Below, one piece after another: positions 17,989 through 26,129 of a DNA stretch of 32,000 nucleotides. A program made the position numbers and the translations under genes. Each line of letters begins with the position of its first letter. Positions within the stretch are counted from its first letter, which is position 1. The DNA lies in NCBI RefSeq assembly GCF_000341395.1, contig NC_020304.1, positions 2,190,001-2,222,000 on the forward strand. The letters are read 5' to 3'. Under the pieces are notes generated by a model that did no database searches, was not told the origin of the DNA, and saw nothing but the letters and a program-made list of their open reading frames with translations. Source of the stretch: Desulfocapsa sulfexigens DSM 10523. GTDB lineage: Bacteria; Desulfobacterota; Desulfobulbia; Desulfobulbales; Desulfocapsaceae.

Positions 17989-19380
17989 ATGGAGCAAAAT
18001 AGATATATTAACTTCCTCATCGCCTCGTTCTTCCTTTTGATCTTCTTTTTTCTGTATGCATCAGCCATAGATTTTTCCGCTCCCGGTATCTTGAATCATA
18101 ATGTCATATTTGATATTGATCCTGAAAGAGTTGTTAATGACATGGCAGGTAGTGAACAGATAGTAGAAGTCCATAAACATCCACTATATGGTTTGTTTTT
18201 TCGCGCCATAATGCCGCCCATTATTGAACTGTGTGAGACTCTAAGGACAGGATTAAATCATCACGAAAGCTATTCTTTTGAGATAATTGAAAAGATCACT
18301 CAACAGCCACTCGAGATAACGGCAGTAACTTTTCTTATCTGTTTTGCTGGAGCGTGCAGTGTCGCTATTTCTTTTTTGATCTTTACTCGATTTCTCAACA
18401 ATCGTTTTGACGCAATATTTTTTACGTTGTTGTTTGGACTCTCTCCACCTGTATGGGTTCTGTCTTCAGTTCCTGAAACGTTTTCCCTGAATCTTCTCTG
18501 TATCGTGTGTGCGTTCTATCTCCAAGCAACCCTGCCTTGTAAAACGTTTTCACAAAGAAATATGGGGCATAGTGTATTTTTCTTACTGGGATTTGTTGCC
18601 ATTGGTATCACATTGCCCAATATTATTTATGTGGCAGTCTGCTATCTTTTGTATCTCAATAGGCAGCAGTTGCAGATATGGCAGTTTGCTGGGACAATGT
18701 TTATTTATTCTATTGCGTTGTATGGTGCAGTTGCCCTGGGATCTTTTATTCAATCCAATATGTATGCAGTCACCTTTACCCATATAAGTCCAATGGATTA
18801 CAGCTCAGTTTTTATCCGAGAAAATACATGGAACCATAATATTCATCTTGGCAAGGATGTACTGGTGGGCTGTGTACAATTGGGACGCAGTTTCTTTCTT
18901 GAAACACTCATAGCGCCTAAGGTTATTTTACACGTATACCACTATGTGGACTCGTGGCGCATTCTTGCATTTTCCTATAAGGTTTCTTGGGTTTTTATAT
19001 TGGGCGTGTTTGGCTATTGCGTTGCTTTGATTTCATGTGTCAGGGTATTATTTCGCCCGGACGTCTGGTCTGGCGAAGTCATTATTGCAATTTTTATAAT
19101 AGGTTTTAATTGTCTGTTTCATACGTTTGTGCATGGGCTTGGTATTCCATTTATTTATTCAATACATGTGGTCTTTCCCTTACTGTTTCTTCTGGCCGTT
19201 GCATATAAGGCCAACGCTTTTCATTTTAAGAAAGTATTTCTTGTGGTGTTTGTCTGTACAGTTATTCTAAATAACTCTCTTTTTATTAGCAGGATCAATA
19301 GTATCATAAAAAATGATGACCCCACTATGCTGGGCCGACTTGAAAATAGTCACGGCCCAACACAACCTAATGCGGAATGA
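17989..19380 (+). CDS. polytopic membrane protein, possible GT-C-fold glycosyltransferase
   Basis: 463-aa ORF with at least 10 hydrophobic segments. An acidic motif (FDIDPERVVNDM) sits in the first loop after TM1, where GT-C enzymes carry their catalytic acidic residues. I do not recognise a specific family. Confidence 0.45.
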   Translation: MEQNRYINFLIASFFLLIFFFLYASAIDFSAPGILNHNVIFDIDPERVVNDMAGSEQIVEVHKHPLYGLFFRAIMPPIIELCETLRTGLNHHESYSFEIIEKITQQPLEITAVTFLICFAGACSVAISFLIFTRFLNNRFDAIFFTLLFGLSPPVWVLSSVPETFSLNLLCIVCAFYLQATLPCKTFSQRNMGHSVFFLLGFVAIGITLPNIIYVAVCYLLYLNRQQLQIWQFAGTMFIYSIALYGAVALGSFIQSNMYAVTFTHISPMDYSSVFIRENTWNHNIHLGKDVLVGCVQLGRSFFLETLIAPKVILHVYHYVDSWRILAFSYKVSWVFILGVFGYCVALISCVRVLFRPDVWSGEVIIAIFIIGFNCLFHTFVHGLGIPFIYSIHVVFPLLFLLAVAYKANAFHFKKVFLVVFVCTVILNNSLFISRINSIIKNDDPTMLGRLENSHGPTQPNAE

Positions 19381-19543
19381 GTGAGGACATGAAAGGATTT
19401 CTAAGGTGCTAATAGCTTCTTTTGGCACCGCTAGTGGTTTTTATATGTCAGTATTGGTTGGGGGGTGTGCGTTAAAAGATGATACGAGCATGTTGTACCT
19501 CCATCCTGGCTGCCGTTGAATGTGTTCTGACAATCATAAAAGC

Positions 19544-20623
19544 TTAGAAGGTTGATCGAGTGGTTATATCCTCAAAGACTTGTTGGACTTGAAGTAACAA
19601 TTCTGAAGGGATTTCTTCAGTATCCGTCTCATAACTTCTTGGCTGACGAAATCTGCTGGCCTGTTCAATAAAAAGCTCGCTCTGCTCTATACCTATTTTC
19701 TCAGCCAATAGTCTGAGCCCTTCTACTGGATTCGCAATTAGCCTGTCATACGAAAGGAACAGAGCATGCGAGGAAGCTGTGGCGGCAAGATAGCCATAGC
19801 ATGCGCACCAATAGGCCAGCCAAAATGACAGTGAATTTGTGGCCTTATACGGAGTGTCATTGAGCCAGTTTGAGAAATTAACAGGTTTTAGGGTGCGACC
19901 GAAGTCGTAATGTCCAATTGCTTGCATATAGGATTTTGCGAATTTGTCGTCAGCATGAATTTTTAGGAAATTCTGGTGCTGTTGCAGCAGTGAGGAAGCA
20001 TGAGCTATCGGGTCACGATATAAAATCACTGTGATGGAGTCGGGGAATATTTTTCTTAAATAATTGACACGGGATATGTTTAAGTTGTTTTTTGAGATAT
20101 AACGTATAGTTGCAATATTGTTTGAGGCAGATAAAACAATAATTTTTCGAATATGATCCCTTAAAAAATGTTCGAAATCTCGATCGCGCTGCCCCGCCCA
20201 CGCCTCTATGTGCCCCTTTTTATAGTTTGATCTCCAGAAAGTGCGCCAAACAATTTCTTCAAATGCCTCCGGGCTGTCTATGCCCACCATCATACCATCA
20301 CCATGCGCCCGCTCTCTTTCTTTATCATTGCTTTGAAATGATTGAGAAAAACGATTCCATAACAGCGGTGTCAACACGAAAGGCATATTTCGGTAACTAT
20401 GACTGGTGAACTCATCAATAGTATTACAAAGCTCCAATAGTAAGGTGGTGCCAGCCCTTGGCAGCGCTGTGATAAATACCGGACGCTTTACGTCTATGCT
20501 CGAGAGTCTTTCAGCAAATAGTGTGTTTTCAAAATCTGATAATGCTGCCTGGGCAGTCCAGGAGAAAAACGCTATTTTGTGCAATACTCGATCAAGAAAG
20601 CCGTAACGATTTTCAAAGGCCAT
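19544..20623 (-). CDS. PAPS-dependent sulfotransferase family protein (cytoplasmic)
   Basis: 359-aa ORF. The 5'-phosphosulfate-binding loop is LPRAGTTLLLEL. A 3'-phosphate-binding-like region is RYISKNN...ILYRDPIAHASSL. There is no signal peptide or TM segment. Confidence 0.75.
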   Translation of the reverse strand: MAFENRYGFLDRVLHKIAFFSWTAQAALSDFENTLFAERLSSIDVKRPVFITALPRAGTTLLLELCNTIDEFTSHSYRNMPFVLTPLLWNRFSQSFQSNDKERERAHGDGMMVGIDSPEAFEEIVWRTFWRSNYKKGHIEAWAGQRDRDFEHFLRDHIRKIIVLSASNNIATIRYISKNNLNISRVNYLRKIFPDSITVILYRDPIAHASSLLQQHQNFLKIHADDKFAKSYMQAIGHYDFGRTLKPVNFSNWLNDTPYKATNSLSFWLAYWCACYGYLAATASSHALFLSYDRLIANPVEGLRLLAEKIGIEQSELFIEQASRFRQPRSYETDTEEIPSELLLQVQQVFEDITTRSTF

Positions 20624-20625
20624 CG

Positions 20626-21003
20626 TTATTTTTTCCTAAACAGCCAAAGGATTACGTACACAAAGACAGTACTAGCGAGAATGAATTGCCAAGTTAATGT
20701 GAAATAGATAACAGCCATCATCGATAAAACCCCTGTTTGCTCCAGCAGCCATATAAGACCAACAGGAAGTCCTATAGCCGCTGCACTGCTGAAGAAAATC
20801 AGGATAAAAAGGCTAAACAGCTTGATGGCATGTTTTTGAAGGGCCTGCTCTTTTTGTCGATCATCCAGAGTGGAGTTTTGCATCACTGAAGCAGCCTCTT
20901 TCGCAATCGCAAGAACCTTGAGACTATTGTCTACCAGCCGCAACCCCTTCAAAAGAATAATAAACCCAACGACCAGTATAATTGCACCGACCAAAGTACT
21001 CAC
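20626..21003 (-). CDS. small membrane protein, hypothetical
   Basis: 125-aa ORF with a GTG start that overlaps the upstream stop (GTGA). It has 3-4 TM segments. Its stop lies 2 nt before the sulfotransferase start. Confidence 0.5.
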   Translation of the reverse strand: MSTLVGAIILVVGFIILLKGLRLVDNSLKVLAIAKEAASVMQNSTLDDRQKEQALQKHAIKLFSLFILIFFSSAAAIGLPVGLIWLLEQTGVLSMMAVIYFTLTWQFILASTVFVYVILWLFRKK

Positions 21004-21317
21004 TGATTTGGCTTATCACTGTTAGATGGATTATCTTCAGCAGCATCTCGATTCATGGGGGCTTGCTCCAACCGTTCTTCCAGGGATTCATTGGCATAGA
21101 CATTTTTCTTTCTCAGTAGTCTTTTTATTGGAAACCACAAGAAACCAAGGATGGCAACAACCACGGCAAAAATTAAAGCTAGTAGTGAACCTATAGCGGA
21201 CAAACCAGTGCCGGGCCCAACGTAAGCGAATGCGGTAGCAGGAATAAAAACGAAGCTAAGGCAAAATAAGCATGTTGAATGGTAAATTTTCATGAACAAA
21301 TCTCTAAATTTGAGCAT
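21000..21317 (-). CDS. small signal-peptide/TM protein with acidic C-terminal tail, hypothetical
   Basis: 105-aa ORF, with an alternative ATG at 21293. The signal-like segment is CLFCLSFVFIPATAFA. It is followed by YVGPGTGLSAIGSLLALIFAVVVAILGFLWF (TM), a basic patch KRLLRKK and then a low-complexity acidic tail. Confidence 0.45.
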   Translation of the reverse strand: MLKFRDLFMKIYHSTCLFCLSFVFIPATAFAYVGPGTGLSAIGSLLALIFAVVVAILGFLWFPIKRLLRKKNVYANESLEERLEQAPMNRDAAEDNPSNSDKPNQ

Positions 21318-21370
21318 TGAGTAATGGTACTAAATTGTACATTCCCTTTCCAGATAAACGTGTACGTTTA

Positions 21371-22711
21371 CTACTGACATGACTCCCTCGCATCAGAAAA
21401 AAATTTCTGATCCATTGCAATGGGCAGGCGCTGAGCATCATCCACTATACCTGCCAGCCCACCAGCAATAATATTCATGTAGTCCCACACTATTTCGTTG
21501 TCTCCTGTAATCTCCACTACACGCCCTTTAGTCGACTCGACCAACAGCATATTGCCATTAGGTAAACGTTGGTGCTTTCCCATAATATGAGTGAAGAATG
21601 GCGTTTCTTGACTGCCCTCAAATACGGTGTTCACAGTATTATCACGAGTATCCCATAAGACTATTCGGCTTGACGGATTTTTGACATCTGGCAATAAATT
21701 ATTGTTATCAAAAATAGTCACTGTATTACCGTCGACGAAATCAGGATCGTGCTGGCGTAATACCTGACCTATGCTGGATGCTTTGAGCTTGTGGGTAGCG
21801 CCATCAAAAACCATAACGGAATTAATGTTTCGTAGTGAAATCATGATGTCACCCGTTTGAAAAATTCCCGACGTCATTTTGTTGGAAAATATCTCAATAT
21901 CGTTAAGGTGTAAGGTATCTCCATGCACTACAGTATCCCAATTATCTATGCTGGACATATATAACAACCCAGACAGTCCATTATTATGAAGAAGATCAAA
22001 AATAGAAATTTCTTCCAGTAGTTTACCACTCGAAGATACTTTGAGAATCGTGAATTCCTGAAATATTGTGTGGTAATTGGGGATTGAGGCCTCTTTGTCG
22101 TAGTGATTAATTTGACCTGGCACCCAGAAATTCCCCTGATCGTCTCGATCTATAGAGTGGTGAGTTCGATGGGGGAAATTCCATACCACATTACCGCAAG
22201 CGTCCATGCGAGTAAGCCCGACCCTTTCCAGATTAAAAACAATATCACCATTTTCTATAACTTTTACACCGTGAACATGAGTGCCAGGGGCTGATTTAGG
22301 TTGGTCTTCTTCAGGTATATGATTAAAGTCAGGCCAAATTTGAAATGGGTCTATAGACCAGCGATGAATCTCATTTCCCTGATCATCGACAACAAGTATT
22401 CGAAAGTCTTTTTGCTGAGTAATTCCACTAATTACAGTCAGACCTTGCTGCATTAAGACGGGGGATCGAGTGAGCACCCGATCAACACGGGCTGTTTCGC
22501 TAAAATAAAATGGCAAAGCAGCTGCCTCATTACCGACCATTTCAAGCAGACCACTTTTTGCAAGGTTAAATCCACTTTTAATATACTCATAAGGAAATAA
22601 TTTGAATTCACTGACAGCCAGACCGCAGGAGAATAGAACCATTGCAATTGACAGGCAAAAGAGCCCAAGAGATAAAGAATCTAGATGTTTACTTAAAGAT
22701 TTTTTGGGCAT
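21371..22711 (-). CDS. arylsulfotransferase (ASST)-like beta-propeller protein, N-terminally membrane anchored
   Basis: 446-aa ORF with a signal anchor (LGLFCLSIAMVLFSCGLAV). Repeated propeller-like blades carry His motifs (HRTHHSIDRDDQGNFWVPG; HGDTLHLNDIEIF...GDIMISLRNINSVMVFD; LRQHDPDF). These resemble the PAPS-independent aryl-sulfate sulfotransferase families. The call is from memory only. Confidence 0.55.
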   Translation of the reverse strand: MPKKSLSKHLDSLSLGLFCLSIAMVLFSCGLAVSEFKLFPYEYIKSGFNLAKSGLLEMVGNEAAALPFYFSETARVDRVLTRSPVLMQQGLTVISGITQQKDFRILVVDDQGNEIHRWSIDPFQIWPDFNHIPEEDQPKSAPGTHVHGVKVIENGDIVFNLERVGLTRMDACGNVVWNFPHRTHHSIDRDDQGNFWVPGQINHYDKEASIPNYHTIFQEFTILKVSSSGKLLEEISIFDLLHNNGLSGLLYMSSIDNWDTVVHGDTLHLNDIEIFSNKMTSGIFQTGDIMISLRNINSVMVFDGATHKLKASSIGQVLRQHDPDFVDGNTVTIFDNNNLLPDVKNPSSRIVLWDTRDNTVNTVFEGSQETPFFTHIMGKHQRLPNGNMLLVESTKGRVVEITGDNEIVWDYMNIIAGGLAGIVDDAQRLPIAMDQKFFSDARESCQ

Positions 22712-22808
22712 GCTTCTTTCTAGCCGAGGTTGTTAGTCTTGGGATATATTGATGAAAAAATGTAATAAAGCCTCTATATTCAAGTGAATCGCTTCCAGAA
22801 CCCATTCA

Positions 22809-23816
22809 CTAAAGCCATCCTGATTTCCGATACCAGGCAACCGTTTTTTTTATCCCATTTTCCAAAGTCCAATGGGGCCGAAATCCAAGCTCAATTTGTA
22901 TGCATTTGGAACTGCAAAGCCAACCAGCCTGTTTGATCTCACACCATTTATCAGGGTTTAAATCCTGCGGACGGTTGCTAAGGCGTCCCAGTAAACCCAT
23001 AATCTGACAAGCAATCCATATAAGAGATAATGGCAGTGTCAGGAGGAAAGCGCGTGGATTTATGTGTGCGGCGATTGCGTTCATCAGAGTGTCCCAGGTA
23101 TAGGACTTGCCGTCTGTTACATAGAACGTTTTTCCATTTGCCGCATCTGTTGTACCAGCCAGAAGAATAGCCCTTACCAGGTCATCCACATAGATAAGAC
23201 TGACAGGGAAATCTCTGAAGCCACTCTTTATCATAATTCCATGGGAAGTTGCTTTAAAGAGTGGCTTCATTCCATGATCTCTGGGACCAAAGACAATGGA
23301 AGGCCTGAGGATAACGACCGGAAATTGATCCGCGATGGAGAGAACCACTTTTTCTGCTTCCTTCTTGGACTGGCCATATGCTGAGACTGGCAGTGAGTTT
23401 GGCGCCGATTCATTCACCCCTGGTTCCTTGGAACATGGTCCCGCGGCGGCCTGGCTGGAAATGTAAACGAGTTTCTGATGGCTCGGGGCATGTTGAGTGA
23501 TGAGTTGTACCAGGTTGCGTGTGGTGTCCAGATTGCCCTTGAAGTATTCGGATTTCCTGACGGCCTTCGTTGTTCCTGCGACATGAAAGACGATATCTGC
23601 TTTTTGTATCTGTGCTCCAAGTGAGGCTGGATTGTTGAGATCTCCTGAAAGCAGTTCAATATCTTTATGTTGTAGATGACGGGCTTTTGTTTCTGAGCGG
23701 ACAAGACAGCTTACTGAGTAGTGACGTTTGATAAGCTCGAAAACCAGATTTGTCCCGATAAATCCAGAGCCTCCGGTGACAAAAGCGTGCAGTTGCTTTG
23801 CTCCTTCGGTAGTCAT
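22809..23816 (-). CDS. NAD(P)-dependent epimerase/dehydratase-family SDR
   Basis: The track ORF extends to 23906. The ATG at 23816 (MTTEGAKQLHAFVTGGSGFIGTNLV) overlaps the upstream stop as ATGA and sits just before the Rossmann motif. The catalytic YxxxK is SAYGQSKKEAE. Confidence 0.85.
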   Translation of the reverse strand: MTTEGAKQLHAFVTGGSGFIGTNLVFELIKRHYSVSCLVRSETKARHLQHKDIELLSGDLNNPASLGAQIQKADIVFHVAGTTKAVRKSEYFKGNLDTTRNLVQLITQHAPSHQKLVYISSQAAAGPCSKEPGVNESAPNSLPVSAYGQSKKEAEKVVLSIADQFPVVILRPSIVFGPRDHGMKPLFKATSHGIMIKSGFRDFPVSLIYVDDLVRAILLAGTTDAANGKTFYVTDGKSYTWDTLMNAIAAHINPRAFLLTLPLSLIWIACQIMGLLGRLSNRPQDLNPDKWCEIKQAGWLCSSKCIQIELGFRPHWTLENGIKKTVAWYRKSGWL

Positions 23817-24895
23817 GGAATTTCTTTTCGTATAATGCTCAAAACTTTGCCGTTTTTCCCCACTCGGTATTGAATGCCTGCCCAGCCAATAACCATCGAA
23901 AACCACGTTCGGATGTGACAGTACGCTGCCATAGTGAGGGCCGCAAGAGATGCGGGGAACCAGGAAAAAAATGATCCTGGAGAAGGATGTTTGGAATAAA
24001 GAAAAATTGTGAACAAGAAAAATAAGAAAATACAGGGAAGACTGTATTGGAGCAGGAACCTGGAATAGGGAAAAAACAGGCTTATTATGGTGATGCCAAG
24101 ACTTGCCAGAACAGAGATTGCAGCAACAATACTCAGAAGACCTGTCACAATCCAGAGTACGGGGAAAATAAATTTAAGATAGGCCCACTGTCTTGTCAGC
24201 CAGATAATCCAGCTGGTAACACTTAAGTCACTGAGATGTGTTTTGAGGTCAGTTTTGTCTGGGATAGCTACTGGGATATTGTTTTTCTGTAACAGTTTGG
24301 CAAGGCTGACATCATCAACAATATTTTCCTTCCAGGTGTCAGCGACGGAGATGTTCTCAAAAACTTCTCGTCTTATTGCCGTTGCACCGCCCCATGGCTG
24401 GCCAAGGAAAGGTAATCTACGGATAAGGCTGAGGGTGAGTACACAAATTGCTCTTCCCTGTGAGCAAGTACAGGAGCCTTTTGAGTAAATTTGATGATAG
24501 CCGGAACTCACCATACATGAAGTATGCGAGAGTAAGGGGTGGAGGAGGCAATCCAACCAATCTGGAGGAGCTGTGTGGCCGGAGTCACAAAATACCAAAA
24601 TATCCGGTTTGTTTCCCACTTGCTGTACCCCTACGAGTAGGTTGTGGTTCTTTTGGCTGCAGCTTATGGCTCTGCCGGAATAGGTGTATGTTGCTCTTTT
24701 GTTTTCCTTTGTGATCGCAGTAATAATAGGTGTTGCAGGGTCGTTTTCGTCCTGAAGAACAAAAATGACATTGAAAGATTGATAATCCTGATTAACCAAG
24801 GTTTTCAGGTTCTCTGCAAGAACCGGTGATGCTCCAGTAACCGGTACAATGAGCGATACAAAAGGAACTGGTTTGACTGTGTTGTTGTCGCTCAT
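23813..24895 (-). CDS. family-2 glycosyltransferase of the ceramide-glucosyltransferase/HpnI-like (GT21-like) type with C-terminal TM helices
   Basis: 360-aa ORF. It has VSLIVPVTGASP, VLQDENDPA, FCDSGH, VDDVSLAKLL and LTRQWAY (a Q/RxxRW-like motif). Several TM helices follow. Confidence 0.75.
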   Translation of the reverse strand: MSDNNTVKPVPFVSLIVPVTGASPVLAENLKTLVNQDYQSFNVIFVLQDENDPATPIITAITKENKRATYTYSGRAISCSQKNHNLLVGVQQVGNKPDILVFCDSGHTAPPDWLDCLLHPLLSHTSCMVSSGYHQIYSKGSCTCSQGRAICVLTLSLIRRLPFLGQPWGGATAIRREVFENISVADTWKENIVDDVSLAKLLQKNNIPVAIPDKTDLKTHLSDLSVTSWIIWLTRQWAYLKFIFPVLWIVTGLLSIVAAISVLASLGITIISLFFPYSRFLLQYSLPCIFLFFLFTIFLYSKHPSPGSFFSWFPASLAALTMAAYCHIRTWFSMVIGWAGIQYRVGKNGKVLSIIRKEIP

Positions 24896-24912
24896 TGTGC
24901 TTTCGCCATTAT

Positions 24913-26058
24913 TTATATAAGATCTTTTTCGTATACTCTGTAACGTTTATCCGGTTTGAGTCCACCATCTTCGTAAAGACGATTCATTGCATCATTATCC
25001 TCCAGAGACCATCCGAGTTCCGCATACTGATATTTCGGTAATTTTTGTATTAAGTCAATGAGGTACTTGAAGGCCAGTAATGGCAAACCCATCTGGCGAT
25101 ATTGTTCTTTGATACCAAAAAGCAGTGCTCGAAACCCGGTTATTTCAGATTCGTAGAGAACCTTTTTGAAAAGAGCGCTAATTCCAAGTTTACCGTTGAA
25201 GCGTTTGAGGAGTGGATTGAAGTCGGGCAAAAAGAGGCAGATTCCGGCTAATTCATTCTTGTAATACATAAAGAAGGCAAATTCCGGTTCCAGGATGGGG
25301 AGAAGGTTTTTAGCAAGTTCTATCTCTTCGTCTTCTGTGGTCGGGACAAACCCCCAATTGTCTTTCCAGCATTCATGGTAAACAGAGCAGAGGAGGTGGA
25401 TATCTTCTTTAGTCCATTTTTTGGGGTAATAAATCGATACGTCTCCTTTTTGATAGAGTTTGTCGGAGAGTGAAAAAACCCATTCCGGAACTTCAATATC
25501 CTTGGTGAAACGGTATGAAAAGAGATCTTTTTCTTTTCTGAACCCTGCAGCATGAATGAGTTCAAGATAATAGGGTGGGTTGTACGACATCATGAGGGCT
25601 GGTGGTTTGTCGAAACCCTGAATTAATAATCCTGTTTCATAATTAGTGGAAGGGTTTAAAGGCCCGCGGAGAAAGGTCATCCCCTCTTCAATAACCCATT
25701 GTTCCACTGCCTGAAACAATGCGAGTGCGGCTTCAGGGTCATTTTCACATTCAAAGAATCCCCAGGCGCCCATTTTTTCGTCATGGTAAGCATTGTAATT
25801 ATTATCAACCAGGGCGATGATTCGGCCAATAGTCTGGCCATTCCTCCTGGCCAGGAAAAATTCTCCTTTAGAGAACTTCCAGAAAGGATGTTTTTTTCGA
25901 TCCAGTAACCCGGCTACTGAGGATTTTAAAGGTGGTACCCACAAAGGGAAGTCCTCGTAAATTCTCCACGGCAGTTCGATAAATTCCGCAAGTTCTTTTC
26001 GTGTTTGAACCGTGGAGATTATAACTCCGGCACTGTAATTTGTATGAGGCTTCCACAT
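24913..26058 (-). CDS. GNAT-fold acyl-CoA N-acyltransferase-like protein (~380-aa family)
   Basis: 381-aa ORF. The region FFLARRNGQTIGRIIALVD...WGFFECENDPEAALALFQAVEQWVIEEGMTFLRGPLNPSTNYETGLL resembles a widespread uncharacterised GNAT-like family. The assignment is from memory and is weak. Confidence 0.45.
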   Translation of the reverse strand: MWKPHTNYSAGVIISTVQTRKELAEFIELPWRIYEDFPLWVPPLKSSVAGLLDRKKHPFWKFSKGEFFLARRNGQTIGRIIALVDNNYNAYHDEKMGAWGFFECENDPEAALALFQAVEQWVIEEGMTFLRGPLNPSTNYETGLLIQGFDKPPALMMSYNPPYYLELIHAAGFRKEKDLFSYRFTKDIEVPEWVFSLSDKLYQKGDVSIYYPKKWTKEDIHLLCSVYHECWKDNWGFVPTTEDEEIELAKNLLPILEPEFAFFMYYKNELAGICLFLPDFNPLLKRFNGKLGISALFKKVLYESEITGFRALLFGIKEQYRQMGLPLLAFKYLIDLIQKLPKYQYAELGWSLEDNDAMNRLYEDGGLKPDKRYRVYEKDLI

Positions 26059-26129
26059 GGTTTCTGTCTGGTGCGAAATAAAAGAAACACCCTTTTTCCT
26101 GTTCTATGGTTGTTGCAAGGGGGTAAAAG

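Noticed and set aside
19423-19438. TGGCAC hexamer in the convergent intergenic region (TGGCACCGCTAGTGGT), and a similar TGGCAC at 9211-9225
   Set aside because: At 19423 the -12 position reads GTGG rather than TTGC, and no gene lies downstream in the right orientation. The 9211 site is inside a CDS and has GG-N8-GC spacing.
19405-19442. possible terminator after the GT-C-like gene (GGTGCT...GGCACC stem followed by T5)
   Set aside because: The stem is only 5 Watson-Crick pairs plus one G-U, the loop is 13 nt, and the T-run lies 8 nt after the stem. This does not fit a canonical intrinsic terminator.
21356-21369. short inverted repeat AAACGT-gt-ACGTTT just downstream of the ASST-like gene's stop codon
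   Set aside because: The arms are only 6 bp with a 2-bp spacer. It cannot form a stable hairpin and is too short to distinguish from chance.
7915-24895. annotating the locus as a bona fide hopanoid (hpn) cluster
   Set aside because: Only the generic tailoring families are present. There is no squalene-hopene cyclase, HpnH, HpnG, HpnK or HpnN in the window. The resemblance is kept as an analogy in the findings and is not used as an annotation.
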